Shown piece by piece: positions 9,674 through 18,635 of a stretch of DNA of 24,713 bases. The notes beneath the pieces were generated by a model that made no database searches, was not told the DNA's origin, and saw only the letters and a list, made by a program, of their open reading frames with translations. Position 1 is the first letter of the stretch. The number at the start of each line of letters is the position of its first letter. The stretch comes from a virus. Lineage: Duplodnaviria; Caudoviricetes. The position numbers were made by a program, and so were the translations under genes. Location of the stretch: IMG/VR virus record IMGVR_UViG_3300025078_000022, positions 1 through 24,713 of that record, one strand, 5' to 3'.

Positions 9674-10539
9674 TCTAATCCTCCTTCTACGAAAGCCTCA
9701 CAAGACTCAGCACATCCTTCCAGTTCTTCTGAATCAAAAAACAAAGGTAGTTGTTCAAACTGTAGTTCCTTATATAGTTCTATCATTTTTTCTCCTGTCA
9801 TATAGTTTCTAAATAATGTTCTAGGTTCTTTTATAACCACTCCATTTATACTATTTCTCCCTACTTTACCATACTCATTCTCCATCCTTATAGGAAAATC
9901 AAAATTTGATACATCATCTTTAATTATCTGTAGTAATTTTTTAGTTGATTTTTTATAACACCATTTACAATTTCCCTGGTAGTCTTCTAATTGTAAATCA
10001 AAAGATTGAGAAGACCAAAAATCTATAACATCCTTTTTGTCTGTAGGAAATAAATCAACTAAAGGATATATTTTATTTTGTATAGTTTTATTTCTTTTTA
10101 TTCTTCTAGGCTCATCTGTGCGTATTCCTAAAGCAGTAAAATAAGAACCTCTTTTCCACCCTATAGATTTAATATAGGAATGTATTGGATTTTCTTTAAG
10201 TTCTCTAGTACAGAACGGTTTACCAGCGTTAGGTAATCCATACTTCATTATCATTTCTTCAAAAGGTTCGCCTTTTCTACTAGCTATTTCATAAGTTACA
10301 ACTTTATGGGTACTACTCTTCCTTTCGTTGTGATGAACTACTGTTTCTAACCATATAGTGTTAAAGTTAAATTGTTTGTCACACTCATTAACAAAATTTA
10401 AAGTTTCATTATTCTCTTGTCCTGTGTTAGCAAAGCAAACAATTATTTCATATTTATCTGAATACTCATTTAATAATTTATAGGTCATATAAGCAGATGT
10501 TCGACCACCACTCATACATACTAATAATTTATCTTTCAT
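9670..10539 (-). CDS. PAPS-reductase-family (PP-loop adenine nucleotide alpha hydrolase, DndC/CysH-related) protein
   Basis: 289 aa; SGGRTSAYM PP-loop, FANTGQE, CTRELK, GIRTDEPRR, YPL, GNCKWCYKK, C-terminal GCAESC. Confidence 0.85.
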   Translation of the reverse strand: MKDKLLVCMSGGRTSAYMTYKLLNEYSDKYEIIVCFANTGQENNETLNFVNECDKQFNFNTIWLETVVHHNERKSSTHKVVTYEIASRKGEPFEEMIMKYGLPNAGKPFCTRELKENPIHSYIKSIGWKRGSYFTALGIRTDEPRRIKRNKTIQNKIYPLVDLFPTDKKDVIDFWSSQSFDLQLEDYQGNCKWCYKKSTKKLLQIIKDDVSNFDFPIRMENEYGKVGRNSINGVVIKEPRTLFRNYMTGEKMIELYKELQFEQLPLFFDSEELEGCAESCEAFVEGGLE

Positions 10540-12476
10540 TCTATGTCCTTCTCTTCTTCAATTAAATCTACCATCTCACAAACACTTCCTGAACAAGCTA
10601 AAGTCTTCATACCTTTAGTAGTGTCTGAGAGTTCGTATTCTTCGATTCTAGCCCAGTTTACAGCCTTAGGCATAGCACGTCTTGCCTCATCATAAGTTTG
10701 TTTGTCACAGTCCTCATATGGAGCTTGTTGATATGTGTGGTCAGAGTGTGGTAAGAATGATACACCACTCACCTCATCGAAGTGTTCGTATACCCAAGCA
10801 CCTACCTCCATCCACTCGTGTTCTTTGACACTGACAGTGACACTAGGTTTATGCTCACAGTAGTGTCTTTGATACATTAACCATAACTCTAGCTGTTGTA
10901 TAGCTGTCTTATCATCTCTAAGTATTGCACCCTTCGGAGCTTTCATAGGGAATGTAAAGACTTGAACGCTATCAGGTTTCATTACATCAGGCTCGCAAGG
11001 TACACCCTCATCTTCCATCAACTGTGCTATAGGGTCTTTAACATCTGCTCTAACTCTCCTCAAGTAATAGTCACTATGTCTAGTATGAATACCACTAGCA
11101 CTATCAACTAACTGACTTACTGTACCACTAGGTTTAATAGCAGTAGTAGCAGTAGCTTGATTGATACCTAACTTCTTCGACCATATCTTGTTGGTATGTA
11201 TAGACATTAACTTACAAGTCTCTAATACATCTTCTAACTTGTCTGTTGGTTTGTTCGTCAAAGAGTTGTCCATGATACCAGTTAATGATACACCGAGCAG
11301 TGCCTCTTCCTCTGTGTTGTGTAACCACTTGGCACGTAGCCTACGTATGTTAGTTAGACTAGCTTGGAATGTTCCTAGTATAGTAGCTAACCTTATCTTC
11401 TCTACTATATCTACATCACTATCACCACTACGTACTACTACTTCAGTTAGGTTACAGAACTGTCCGTCCCTCAATATGATTTCACTACAAGGGTTACATC
11501 CAAACTGGTGGTTAGTATCTCTCCTACCAGTCTTTTCTACTTGTGTAACTGCAGCCTCCCTATTAAATATACCTCTCTCACCTGACTTACTTTCATATAA
11601 TCCTAACCATTCAGACATGAATATTCCTATGTCAGGTTTCTCTGTATAACATACACTGTTGTTAGCTAGTGCCATCTCAGGTGTATCACTCCACCATTGA
11701 CCTGACTTAGCATGCCTCATTCTTTCGTCTGTTAAATTAGATAAAGATATTAGTGCTGACCTACGTACACCACCAACTACTACTATCTCTGCTATCTTAC
11801 ACATCAGTCTATGACACTCATAGCTTGTCAGCTTACGACCCGATGCTCTCTTAAATAAATCTACAGAGAAATGGAACAGTTCGTTCAGAGGTTCAGGACC
11901 ACTAGCCCTACCACCAAAGGTCTTAAGCCTTGCACCTTTAGGTCTGACATTAGACATATCCCATTGGGGTACACTACCCTTCCATATACTAGCTAGTAGT
12001 TCTTTGTATGCTTGTTGCCATCCTTCCTTACTATCAGTAACCTTAATGACCTTACCATTCTCTGTGAACATACCTGATATTTCAGGTAGTTTATTAATGT
12101 GTTGTCTCTCTACACTAAACCCTACACCAGTACCATGCATCAATACGTATAGACACTCATCAAATGCTTGAGGACTATCCACACTTAAGTAAGCACAGTT
12201 GTATCCTGCTATGTGGTTCTTCTCTAGGGCTGGACCTGCTGTCATCAGTGCTCTCATGCTAGGCATTATCTTTAAGTTAACTACTGCATTCTCTAGCTCT
12301 CTTCTAGTTGTAGGTGTCAGCTTATACTCTGTATTCTCTTCTAAATGTTTCTCCATGAAGTCAAAGTACCTACATACTGTCTCTTTCCAAGTCTCTCTTC
12401 TTTTCTTTTCAGGTAGCCACCTAGCATACCTACTTAATGCTATGAAGTTCTGATAGTCTGTTGGTAATTGGTTCAT
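10536..12476 (-). CDS. nrdJ: Class II adenosylcobalamin-dependent ribonucleotide reductase (monomeric RTPR type)
   Basis: 646 aa; SRYARW, MPSMRAL, YNCAY, GGVRRSA, NPCSEI, FCNLTE, IKPSGTVS, C-terminal ACSGSVCE; no beta subunit gene nearby. Confidence 0.95.
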   Translation of the reverse strand: MNQLPTDYQNFIALSRYARWLPEKKRRETWKETVCRYFDFMEKHLEENTEYKLTPTTRRELENAVVNLKIMPSMRALMTAGPALEKNHIAGYNCAYLSVDSPQAFDECLYVLMHGTGVGFSVERQHINKLPEISGMFTENGKVIKVTDSKEGWQQAYKELLASIWKGSVPQWDMSNVRPKGARLKTFGGRASGPEPLNELFHFSVDLFKRASGRKLTSYECHRLMCKIAEIVVVGGVRRSALISLSNLTDERMRHAKSGQWWSDTPEMALANNSVCYTEKPDIGIFMSEWLGLYESKSGERGIFNREAAVTQVEKTGRRDTNHQFGCNPCSEIILRDGQFCNLTEVVVRSGDSDVDIVEKIRLATILGTFQASLTNIRRLRAKWLHNTEEEALLGVSLTGIMDNSLTNKPTDKLEDVLETCKLMSIHTNKIWSKKLGINQATATTAIKPSGTVSQLVDSASGIHTRHSDYYLRRVRADVKDPIAQLMEDEGVPCEPDVMKPDSVQVFTFPMKAPKGAILRDDKTAIQQLELWLMYQRHYCEHKPSVTVSVKEHEWMEVGAWVYEHFDEVSGVSFLPHSDHTYQQAPYEDCDKQTYDEARRAMPKAVNWARIEEYELSDTTKGMKTLACSGSVCEMVDLIEEEKDIE

Positions 12477-12598
12477 TCTTTTACTCCTCTCTTTTTTTGT
12501 TCTTTCTTTTTGTTTAAGAATACTTTAGTATGCCATATCCTATCATACCTTAAAGCATATTTCAGTTTGTTTATTAGAGGATGTTGTTTCTTCTTCAT
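12473..12598 (-). CDS. Small basic protein (41 aa), not in ORF track
   Basis: MKKKQHPLINKLKYALRYDRIWHTKVFLNKKKEQKKRGVKE*; GGAGG RBS, TAATG overlap upstream and ATGA overlap with nrdJ; fills the gap exactly. Confidence 0.75.
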   Translation of the reverse strand: MKKKQHPLINKLKYALRYDRIWHTKVFLNKKKEQKKRGVKE

Positions 12599-12804
12599 TA
12601 GTCCTCCATTGGTGCTATCTGTATGTCCAACATCTCCACTCCACTCTCCATGTAAGCTTTGTATGTTAGTCTTCCCTCATGGTGCATGAGTATAGTATCT
12701 AATACCGCAGCCTCATATCTTTTCTCACCATGTCGGTACATGAACCAACCACCTAGTACCACCAAGCATAGGTTAAACAGTATGTATATATCAAATGTAT
12801 TCAT
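12598..12804 (-). CDS. Small membrane-anchored hypothetical protein
   Basis: 68 aa with N-terminal hydrophobic helix IYILFNLCLVVLGGWFMY; GAGGAG RBS; TAATG-coupled. Confidence 0.7.
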   Translation of the reverse strand: MNTFDIYILFNLCLVVLGGWFMYRHGEKRYEAAVLDTILMHHEGRLTYKAYMESGVEMLDIQIAPMED

Positions 12805-12965
12805 TATCGCTCCTCATAATATTCTTCAAATCTTTCTCGTTTAGCCCAAAGTCTTTTCTCAAACAAGTCAAGCAGTTCTTCAGGCTCTATCTCTAACTCA
12901 TCACAAATCAAACAAACGTCATAGTTCTGAGCTACTCTCTGTTTGAGTTCGTTAAGCGTTATCAT
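12804..12965 (-). CDS. Small acidic hypothetical protein (53 aa), not in ORF track
   Basis: MITLNELKQRVAQNYDVCLICDELEIEPEELLDLFEKRLWAKRERFEEYYEER*; GAGG RBS; TAATG overlaps at both ends. Confidence 0.8.
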   Translation of the reverse strand: MITLNELKQRVAQNYDVCLICDELEIEPEELLDLFEKRLWAKRERFEEYYEER

Positions 12966-13765
12966 TAGAAGTTTCCTCTTATATTATCTACATAATAGGA
13001 TGTAAAATTTCCTTTTGTTTCTTCACTTATAGCACTATAACAATTTTCTTTGTGTCCACAAAATGCACATACCATATTAAGTCTTTCTCTTCCATCCTTT
13101 CCGAAAGTAGTGGCTTTGGCTACACGCATAGGTGGTTCATCTTTATTCATCTTATCTTTTAATTGTGAAATATGCTTATCAACATCCTGTTCCAGTTCTT
13201 GTTCACAAAGTTTAAGAGTTGACTTGTTTTTATTGAAAGCTAAGAAGTATCCTTTTTCCCTATCTTCTGTCTTACCATACCCACTGAGTTGTTTTATATA
13301 TCCAAACGAGTCATCCTTTATTCCATCATCTTTAAATTTATTTTTAAAGCTCCAGTCACTGGCAGTCTTAACATCAACTAACTCACCATCAATGATGCAG
13401 TCCTGTGCACCATTAACACCTTCAACAGTATGCTTACCTTGTTTTCCTTCCACTGTATGTCCTGCTAACTCAACAAGCCCAAGTAAAACTGCTTCCATTA
13501 TATGTCCCTGTAAGAATGTTAAGAACACATCTCCTTTTATTGGTTCTGAAGTATATCCTTTAATCCCATACCACTGTGCTCTCTCACACCTACCTATACC
13601 TGACATTCTCAGTCCTGTACTTTCTTCTCTAGGTGTAAGTGCATTTACTACAGACTCACTTACTTCCTCACCTATAGTCTTTGCTATCTTGTTTAAGTCT
13701 CCTGTATGTTCTCTTTTTTCCATTAGATTATATACATCTTGTACTACTGTATTAATGTTTTTCAT
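12965..13765 (-). CDS. Cas4/RecB-like PD-(D/E)XK exonuclease
   Basis: 266 aa; LRMSGIGRC.R..WY, D...DGELVDVKTAS, Y..QL..Y, C-terminal CAFC....C (1+3 Cys cluster pattern); GGAGG RBS. Confidence 0.85.
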   Translation of the reverse strand: MKNINTVVQDVYNLMEKREHTGDLNKIAKTIGEEVSESVVNALTPREESTGLRMSGIGRCERAQWYGIKGYTSEPIKGDVFLTFLQGHIMEAVLLGLVELAGHTVEGKQGKHTVEGVNGAQDCIIDGELVDVKTASDWSFKNKFKDDGIKDDSFGYIKQLSGYGKTEDREKGYFLAFNKNKSTLKLCEQELEQDVDKHISQLKDKMNKDEPPMRVAKATTFGKDGRERLNMVCAFCGHKENCYSAISEETKGNFTSYYVDNIRGNF

Positions 13766-13929
13766 TTTCTACCTCCATTATTAACTTATTTATATACCAT
13801 CTTGCTTTCTTTACATCTTCTAAACCGTTTTTATATTTATATCTAGTTATGTATTTTATCACATTACCCTCTAAGTAGTTAAACTTTTGGTCTAATATAA
13901 AGAGGGTTTACATTATCAGTGTGTTTCAT
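13752..13929 (-). pseudogene. DUF3310-family gene disrupted by an internal deletion and frameshift
   Basis: Frame from ATG 13929 gives MKHTDNVNP then stops at 13879; the +1 frame from 13901 gives FILDQKFNYLEGNVIKYITRYKYKNGLEDVKKARWYINKLI..., the DUF3310 signature. The usual HY...I..ID segment between them is missing. Confidence 0.8.
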
Positions 13930-15658
13930 CCCAACTTCTCCCTATTTTATACTCGCCATCTATTGGGCAACGTAAATTGTAATAATCTGTAGTGTCTCTC
14001 ATTGCTGACACCACCTGCTTGCCTATTTGTATTGCATGTTCAGGCAAACATTCTATTTGTATTTCATCATGTATAACACCTAGTTGTTTATAAGGTAACG
14101 TACATTTCTCATGGAATATAACCCAAGCTCTTTTAGCTACTACCGCACCTGCACTCTGTAATAAGAAATTCAATGCAGAATGCTTAGAGACTACCAAAAT
14201 CTTACGACCATCTAACCCCTTTAGGTACCCCCTATCTGCAGCCTTTTCTACCAACCTACGCAATTCTCGTAACGCTGGGGTATTATCAAGGAATTTTTTC
14301 TTTATTCTTCTGCCTACTTGTGTACTACCACCTACAATATTACCTATTAATTTATCACCACCACCATATAGGTATGCATAGATAAATCTCTTGGCTTCAC
14401 TTCTAGTCTTAAGTCCTGCTGACTTTTGGTTCTTTGTATGTATGTCACCAGTCAATATCTCATTAATATAGTCCTCATCTTTCATGTAGTGTGCTAGACA
14501 TCTTAACTCTAGTCCACTGAGGTCAGCACCTACTATGACCTTGCCAGTAGGTACTGTAAATAAACTACGCATTTCTGTTCCATACTCTTTATCACTAGCA
14601 ACAACCTGTTGTAGATTAGGAGCACTACTAGACATTCTGTTTGTTACAGTTCCTATAGTATGTACCCTTGCATGTATGCAGTGTGTCTGCTCATTATATG
14701 CATCTAACCAAGACTCTAACATACTTCTACGTTTCTGTAACATTAAATACCTAGCAATAAGTTTAGCCTCTGGTATTTCTACATTTTCTAGTATAGTCTC
14801 ATCAACTTTAACATTACCTTTATCAGTAAATACTCTAGGCTCCCATCCAAAGTTCATTAGGTACTTGGCAATCTGTTGTCTACTTCCTAAATTAAATTCA
14901 TCAAAAGTATTGTAGCCCCACTTACCATCAGCAGTCCAGTGACAACCTTTATCCAGTTGGTTCTTATAACGTACACTTCTACTCCCTGAATCATTGTACT
15001 TACTAGCCTTGTTGACTTCGTGAAACACAGGTAGTGGTTTAAAAACTTCCCTAACTTCTGACTCAACCTCTGTAATATCACCTGATATTTTTTGTAGTAG
15101 TCTAATAGCCCCATCCTCATTAAAATACCAACCATCCTTTTCTTGTTCACTACAATACTCCTTTATTTTATATTCTAATTCAATAGCATCACGACTAAAA
15201 CTTGAAAGGTTAAAATGATTATATAATTTAGTAGTTATTTCAACATCTCTGATACAATATTTTAACATTTCTTTACTATAAACAGACCAATCTGTGTGGT
15301 CTCCTTTAGGAAACCCAAGCCTCTCACCCCAACTAGCTAGTGAATGTCCTTTATCTATCCTTGGATTATCTAATTGACTGATTATTAGAGTGTCTTCTAT
15401 TTTAACTGTGTCAAAACTTGTTCCTAATAGTTTCTTTAATACTGGTATATCAAAACCAATACCATTATGAAACACTAGGGTGTCTATTTTATTTACCCAG
15501 TCATTAAAGTATTCACTACCTCCTTCCATGTCATAGTGTATGTAGTCAGGATATGTGAACACTAATTTTTCTTTTGTCCTCACATCCTGTGCTACTATAC
15601 ACCACACCTTGGTAGGATTCAGCCCATCTGTTTCTATATCACAACTAAAAATCGCCAT
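13916..15658 (-). CDS. polA: Family A DNA polymerase with 3'-5' exonuclease (T7 gp5-like)
   Basis: 580 aa; Exo motifs DIETDG, HNGIGFD, YCIRDV; motif A DLSGLELR, motif B RSEAKRFIYAYLYG, motif C IHDEIQ. Confidence 0.97.
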   Translation of the reverse strand: MAIFSCDIETDGLNPTKVWCIVAQDVRTKEKLVFTYPDYIHYDMEGGSEYFNDWVNKIDTLVFHNGIGFDIPVLKKLLGTSFDTVKIEDTLIISQLDNPRIDKGHSLASWGERLGFPKGDHTDWSVYSKEMLKYCIRDVEITTKLYNHFNLSSFSRDAIELEYKIKEYCSEQEKDGWYFNEDGAIRLLQKISGDITEVESEVREVFKPLPVFHEVNKASKYNDSGSRSVRYKNQLDKGCHWTADGKWGYNTFDEFNLGSRQQIAKYLMNFGWEPRVFTDKGNVKVDETILENVEIPEAKLIARYLMLQKRRSMLESWLDAYNEQTHCIHARVHTIGTVTNRMSSSAPNLQQVVASDKEYGTEMRSLFTVPTGKVIVGADLSGLELRCLAHYMKDEDYINEILTGDIHTKNQKSAGLKTRSEAKRFIYAYLYGGGDKLIGNIVGGSTQVGRRIKKKFLDNTPALRELRRLVEKAADRGYLKGLDGRKILVVSKHSALNFLLQSAGAVVAKRAWVIFHEKCTLPYKQLGVIHDEIQIECLPEHAIQIGKQVVSAMRDTTDYYNLRCPIDGEYKIGRSWDETH

Positions 15659-17288
15659 TGATATCTGCCTCCCTTATTCCAGGTGATACTCCCTTCTCTA
15701 GTCTTCCTTCTAATGGATTGTAATAAGTCCATCCACCTTCACCTGTTTGTCCAGTCCTCCTAAGTTTAGGAACCCTTATCCTAGTAGCATTCCTTTCATA
15801 CTCATCCTCTGCCAACTTATCCCTAGAGAATAGTATATTGTTATGGCATGCTTGTGGTATAGCACCACTACCCTTAACATCATACTCACTAATCTTGTGA
15901 GGGTGACTACCATCATCAGGCTTACGTGTATGTGTACTCAATATCACACAAGCCTTGGTCTCCTTACATAACTTAATGAACCTATCCATTACCTCTTCGA
16001 TATTCTCATTGGATAAGTTCTTAATTGCTGTATGTAATGGGTCAACAAGTATGACAGTACAGCCCATGCCTTTAATAAAGTACCTAATCTTGGCAAACAT
16101 CTCTTCAATTTCAATACTTCCTCCTCCATCATCATGTAATTGTACCGTACTACCTAATCCCACCTCTTTAGCATCCATCATTATGTCTTCCACATCTAAG
16201 TCCTTGGGAGTCACAAGAGATAAGTTAACTCCTTTATGTACAGATACAATCTTTCTAACTGTCTCATCAAGACTGTCTTCTACCATAAAGCAACCTATCT
16301 TTTCATCAGTCTTCATGGCAAAGTGGTATATCAATTCATTAAGAATAGTTGTCTTGCCTATACTGGTGTGTGCAATTATGCTCGTTAATTCACCTCTCGC
16401 TAGTCCACCCCTTGTCATCTCATTTAAGTTACCAAAAGATTCAGGTAATGGTATGAGTTCGGTATTCCTATACCCTAACAAGGCTTCATACATGTCTGCT
16501 ACGGTTGCAACACCACTAACTGTATATGGTTTAGCATCCCACCAAGCATCTCCAAATAGTTTGGTTTGCTTATTAGATAAATAATCTGATGCATCTTTGT
16601 AATCAGGTAATGTAACAACCTGCACTTTATTTGGTCCTAATATTGGTGATACTTTTTTAGCTGCTAGTCTTCCTGCTTCATCATTATCAAAACATAATAC
16701 CACGGTTTCAAAACTATCAAGCCATTCTAGGTTTGCCTTTATATTCTCTACACAATTAGAACCATTGTTTACACTAACTACAGGATAACGACTACCTAAC
16801 ATCTCATAACATGCTAGTGCATCTAGTTCTCCCTCGGTTACTGTTACAAATCTTCCACCCTTCTTAAATAAATGTTGTCCAAACAATGGATTATTGGCAC
16901 TGGTGTCTCCAACCCCAAAGAATTTCTTATCTTTAACTATACGAGTCTTTAGTCCTATTAAAGAACCTTTAGAGCTGTAATAGGGGTAGTGATGTTTAAC
17001 CACATCACCTGCTTGATTTAATACAGCCTTTACTCCATACTTTTCTAATGTTTCTGCTCTTATGTTCCTGTCTGTGAGGAACACAGCTTCTCCTTTATAT
17101 TCTTCATGTACTTCTGCATGTGATAGGCTGTGATTACTTATAGTACCATCACCTGATACATTATAACCACAGGAAAAACAATTCTTTCCTCCATCTTCAT
17201 ACAAAATAAGATTGTCTTGGGATTTATCCCTTCCATTCTTTGCACATTCAGGGCATTGAGTATGCCCAATCTTCTTACTGTTACTCAT
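15645..17288 (-). CDS. DNA primase-helicase (T7 gp4-like)
   Basis: 547 aa; Zn ribbon CPEC...CFSC, TOPRIM TEGELD and FDNDEAG, Walker A AHTSIGKTT, DVKGSGAI.Q, K.R.TG.TG; GGAGG RBS. Confidence 0.95.
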   Translation of the reverse strand: MSNSKKIGHTQCPECAKNGRDKSQDNLILYEDGGKNCFSCGYNVSGDGTISNHSLSHAEVHEEYKGEAVFLTDRNIRAETLEKYGVKAVLNQAGDVVKHHYPYYSSKGSLIGLKTRIVKDKKFFGVGDTSANNPLFGQHLFKKGGRFVTVTEGELDALACYEMLGSRYPVVSVNNGSNCVENIKANLEWLDSFETVVLCFDNDEAGRLAAKKVSPILGPNKVQVVTLPDYKDASDYLSNKQTKLFGDAWWDAKPYTVSGVATVADMYEALLGYRNTELIPLPESFGNLNEMTRGGLARGELTSIIAHTSIGKTTILNELIYHFAMKTDEKIGCFMVEDSLDETVRKIVSVHKGVNLSLVTPKDLDVEDIMMDAKEVGLGSTVQLHDDGGGSIEIEEMFAKIRYFIKGMGCTVILVDPLHTAIKNLSNENIEEVMDRFIKLCKETKACVILSTHTRKPDDGSHPHKISEYDVKGSGAIPQACHNNILFSRDKLAEDEYERNATRIRVPKLRRTGQTGEGGWTYYNPLEGRLEKGVSPGIREADINGDF

Positions 17289-17317
17289 TTAATAACCTCC
17301 ATATCCCATAGATTAGA

Positions 17318-17339
17318 AGAGCCACCCGAAGGTGACTCT
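17318..17339 (-). terminator. C(UUCG)G hairpin after the SSB gene; probable leaky terminator or stabiliser
   Basis: Minus-strand RNA AGAGUCACC-UUCG-GGUGGCUCU, 9-bp stem with one U.G pair, followed by a poor U-tract (UCUAAUCU). Confidence 0.7.
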
Positions 17340-17361
17340 CAATGTTAATCAAACAACAACA

Positions 17362-17760
17362 CTAGAACGCACCAGCTTCATCTAATTCACCTGCTTCTTC
17401 ATTCTTTTGTAGTAGTTTAATCTTATCTACATAAGCATACTGTGAATAGTCTCCTTTACCTGCTTTGGCAACAACTCTAACCAAGTCACCAAACTGTGAC
17501 AATTCACTAGCAGGGATACGCTCCCCATCAGCATCAAATACTGGAGGTTGTCCGAAGTCTAGCTTACGACTCATACTTACCTGAGGCTCACCGTTATATT
17601 CCTTCAGGTTTACACCTGCTTTCTTAAATATCTCGGCATTCTTCTTGTCAAGTGTGAGAGTAATCTTATACTTCTCCGTTCCTTTATAATTATCGGGGTA
17701 AGCAATATGCACAAACCCTGATATACCTTCAGCCACAATAGCTTTACTTATATTAGCCAT
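17362..17760 (-). CDS. ssb: Single-stranded DNA-binding protein, T7 gp2.5/DUF2815-like
   Basis: 132 aa; PD....KYKITL, PPVFDADG, acidic tail ending in Phe (EEAGELDEAGAF); directly upstream of primase-helicase; AAGGAG RBS. Confidence 0.75.
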   Translation of the reverse strand: MANISKAIVAEGISGFVHIAYPDNYKGTEKYKITLTLDKKNAEIFKKAGVNLKEYNGEPQVSMSRKLDFGQPPVFDADGERIPASELSQFGDLVRVVAKAGKGDYSQYAYVDKIKLLQKNEEAGELDEAGAF

Positions 17761-17778
17761 TCTTTATCTCCTTATCTC

Positions 17779-17827
17779 ACCAGTAATAAAAGACATACTA
17801 AAAAATACTGGTACTTCTCTAGTATGT
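17779..17827 (-). promoter_or_regulatory. Predicted H-type RNA pseudoknot in the SSB 5' leader
   Basis: Crossing complementary pairs ACAUACUA(17827-20)/UAGUAUGU(17800-793) and ACCAGUA(17812-06)/UACUGGU(17785-79). Confidence 0.7.
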
Positions 17828-17913
17828 AACCAAGTAATCTAAGTATACATTATTCATTATTATTAATAACAATAATAGTATATCTAGTTGTTACTTAAGT
17901 ATTCTAAGGTCAT

Positions 17914-17922
17914 AGTATATCA
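17914..17922 (-). promoter_or_regulatory. Possible extended -10 promoter for the replication operon
   Basis: TG-A-TATACT on the minus strand at the upstream end of the 180-bp gap before ssb; no convincing -35. Confidence 0.45.
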
Positions 17923-17939
17923 TACAATTAATATGTATG

Positions 17940-18146
17940 TTATATTAAATTACCTTGGTCATCTATAGCCTCATCTAATAGAGAGTCTATTATGTCTTCT
18001 CTCTCTTTGGCAAGTCTTTTGAGATTTTGAATACCTAAATTCACCCTTACCTCTTCTTTCTTTATGCTACGATTAACACGTACTAAATCATTTTTTAATT
18101 TTAATATCCAGTCAAACGTCTCTTGTTCTTGTATATTCTTTACCAT
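17940..18146 (-). CDS. Hypothetical coiled-coil protein
   Basis: 68-aa ORF with AAGGAG RBS. Confidence 0.7.
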   Translation of the reverse strand: MVKNIQEQETFDWILKLKNDLVRVNRSIKKEEVRVNLGIQNLKRLAKEREDIIDSLLDEAIDDQGNLI

Positions 18147-18148
18147 AA

Positions 18149-18433
18149 TTATTCTCCTTTACTGGTTTTATTTTTCTTTTCTTTTGCTCGTGCACGGTAT
18201 ATTTTTCTAGCTTCCTTTCTTTCTTCGTCTGTATTATATTTCTTTGGTCTGCCTGGAGACCCAGAAAAGTGCCTATCTTCCCATCTTTTATAAGGCACAG
18301 CCTTACCATCTTTATTTAATACTTTAGGAGGAAAGTTTTCACCTGCATTATTTCTAACTAACACACCATTTTGATAGGGTGGGTTAATAGGTATACCTAA
18401 ATAATGCTCTCCATATATTTTATTTTCTGCCAT
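18149..18433 (-). CDS. Basic hypothetical protein with AT-hook-like GRP motif
   Basis: 94 aa; PGRPKKYNTDEERKEARKIYRARAKEKK; GAGGAG RBS. Confidence 0.7.
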   Translation of the reverse strand: MAENKIYGEHYLGIPINPPYQNGVLVRNNAGENFPPKVLNKDGKAVPYKRWEDRHFSGSPGRPKKYNTDEERKEARKIYRARAKEKKNKTSKGE

Positions 18434-18635
18434 TCTTTATCTCCTCATACTCCTTGATTAGTTTATAAATATGGTTACCTATACCTATGATACTGTCATC
18501 ATCTATGACCTCAGACGCACGAGGTTTGATTTCCTCGGTACTTTCCATCATACCCTGTACCTTACCCTCAACTGCATCATTCAACGCCTTATTCGGCATA
18601 TCTATTTTAATTTTATCAACCAAACTTTTCATCAT
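18420..18635 (-). CDS. Hypothetical protein
   Basis: 71-aa ORF with AAGGAGGT RBS (the second ATG at 18632 is the better-spaced start). Confidence 0.7.
   Translation of the reverse strand: MMKSLVDKIKIDMPNKALNDAVEGKVQGMMESTEEIKPRASEVIDDDSIIGIGNHIYKLIKEYEEIKNGRK

Noticed and set aside
14887-15150. 87-aa same-strand ORF inside polA, possible intron or split gene
   Set aside because: PolA is continuous with all motifs present; this is an off-frame ORF.
11161-16584. Long + strand ORFs (11161-11649, 13050-13784, 14535-14915, 15955-16584)
   Set aside because: Antisense shadows of nrdJ, the exonuclease, polA and primase-helicase; Ser/Leu-rich, with no RBS or motifs.
18112-18309. 65-aa alternative-frame ORF
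   Set aside because: Overlaps the 94-aa and 68-aa genes, which have proper RBSs; it has none.
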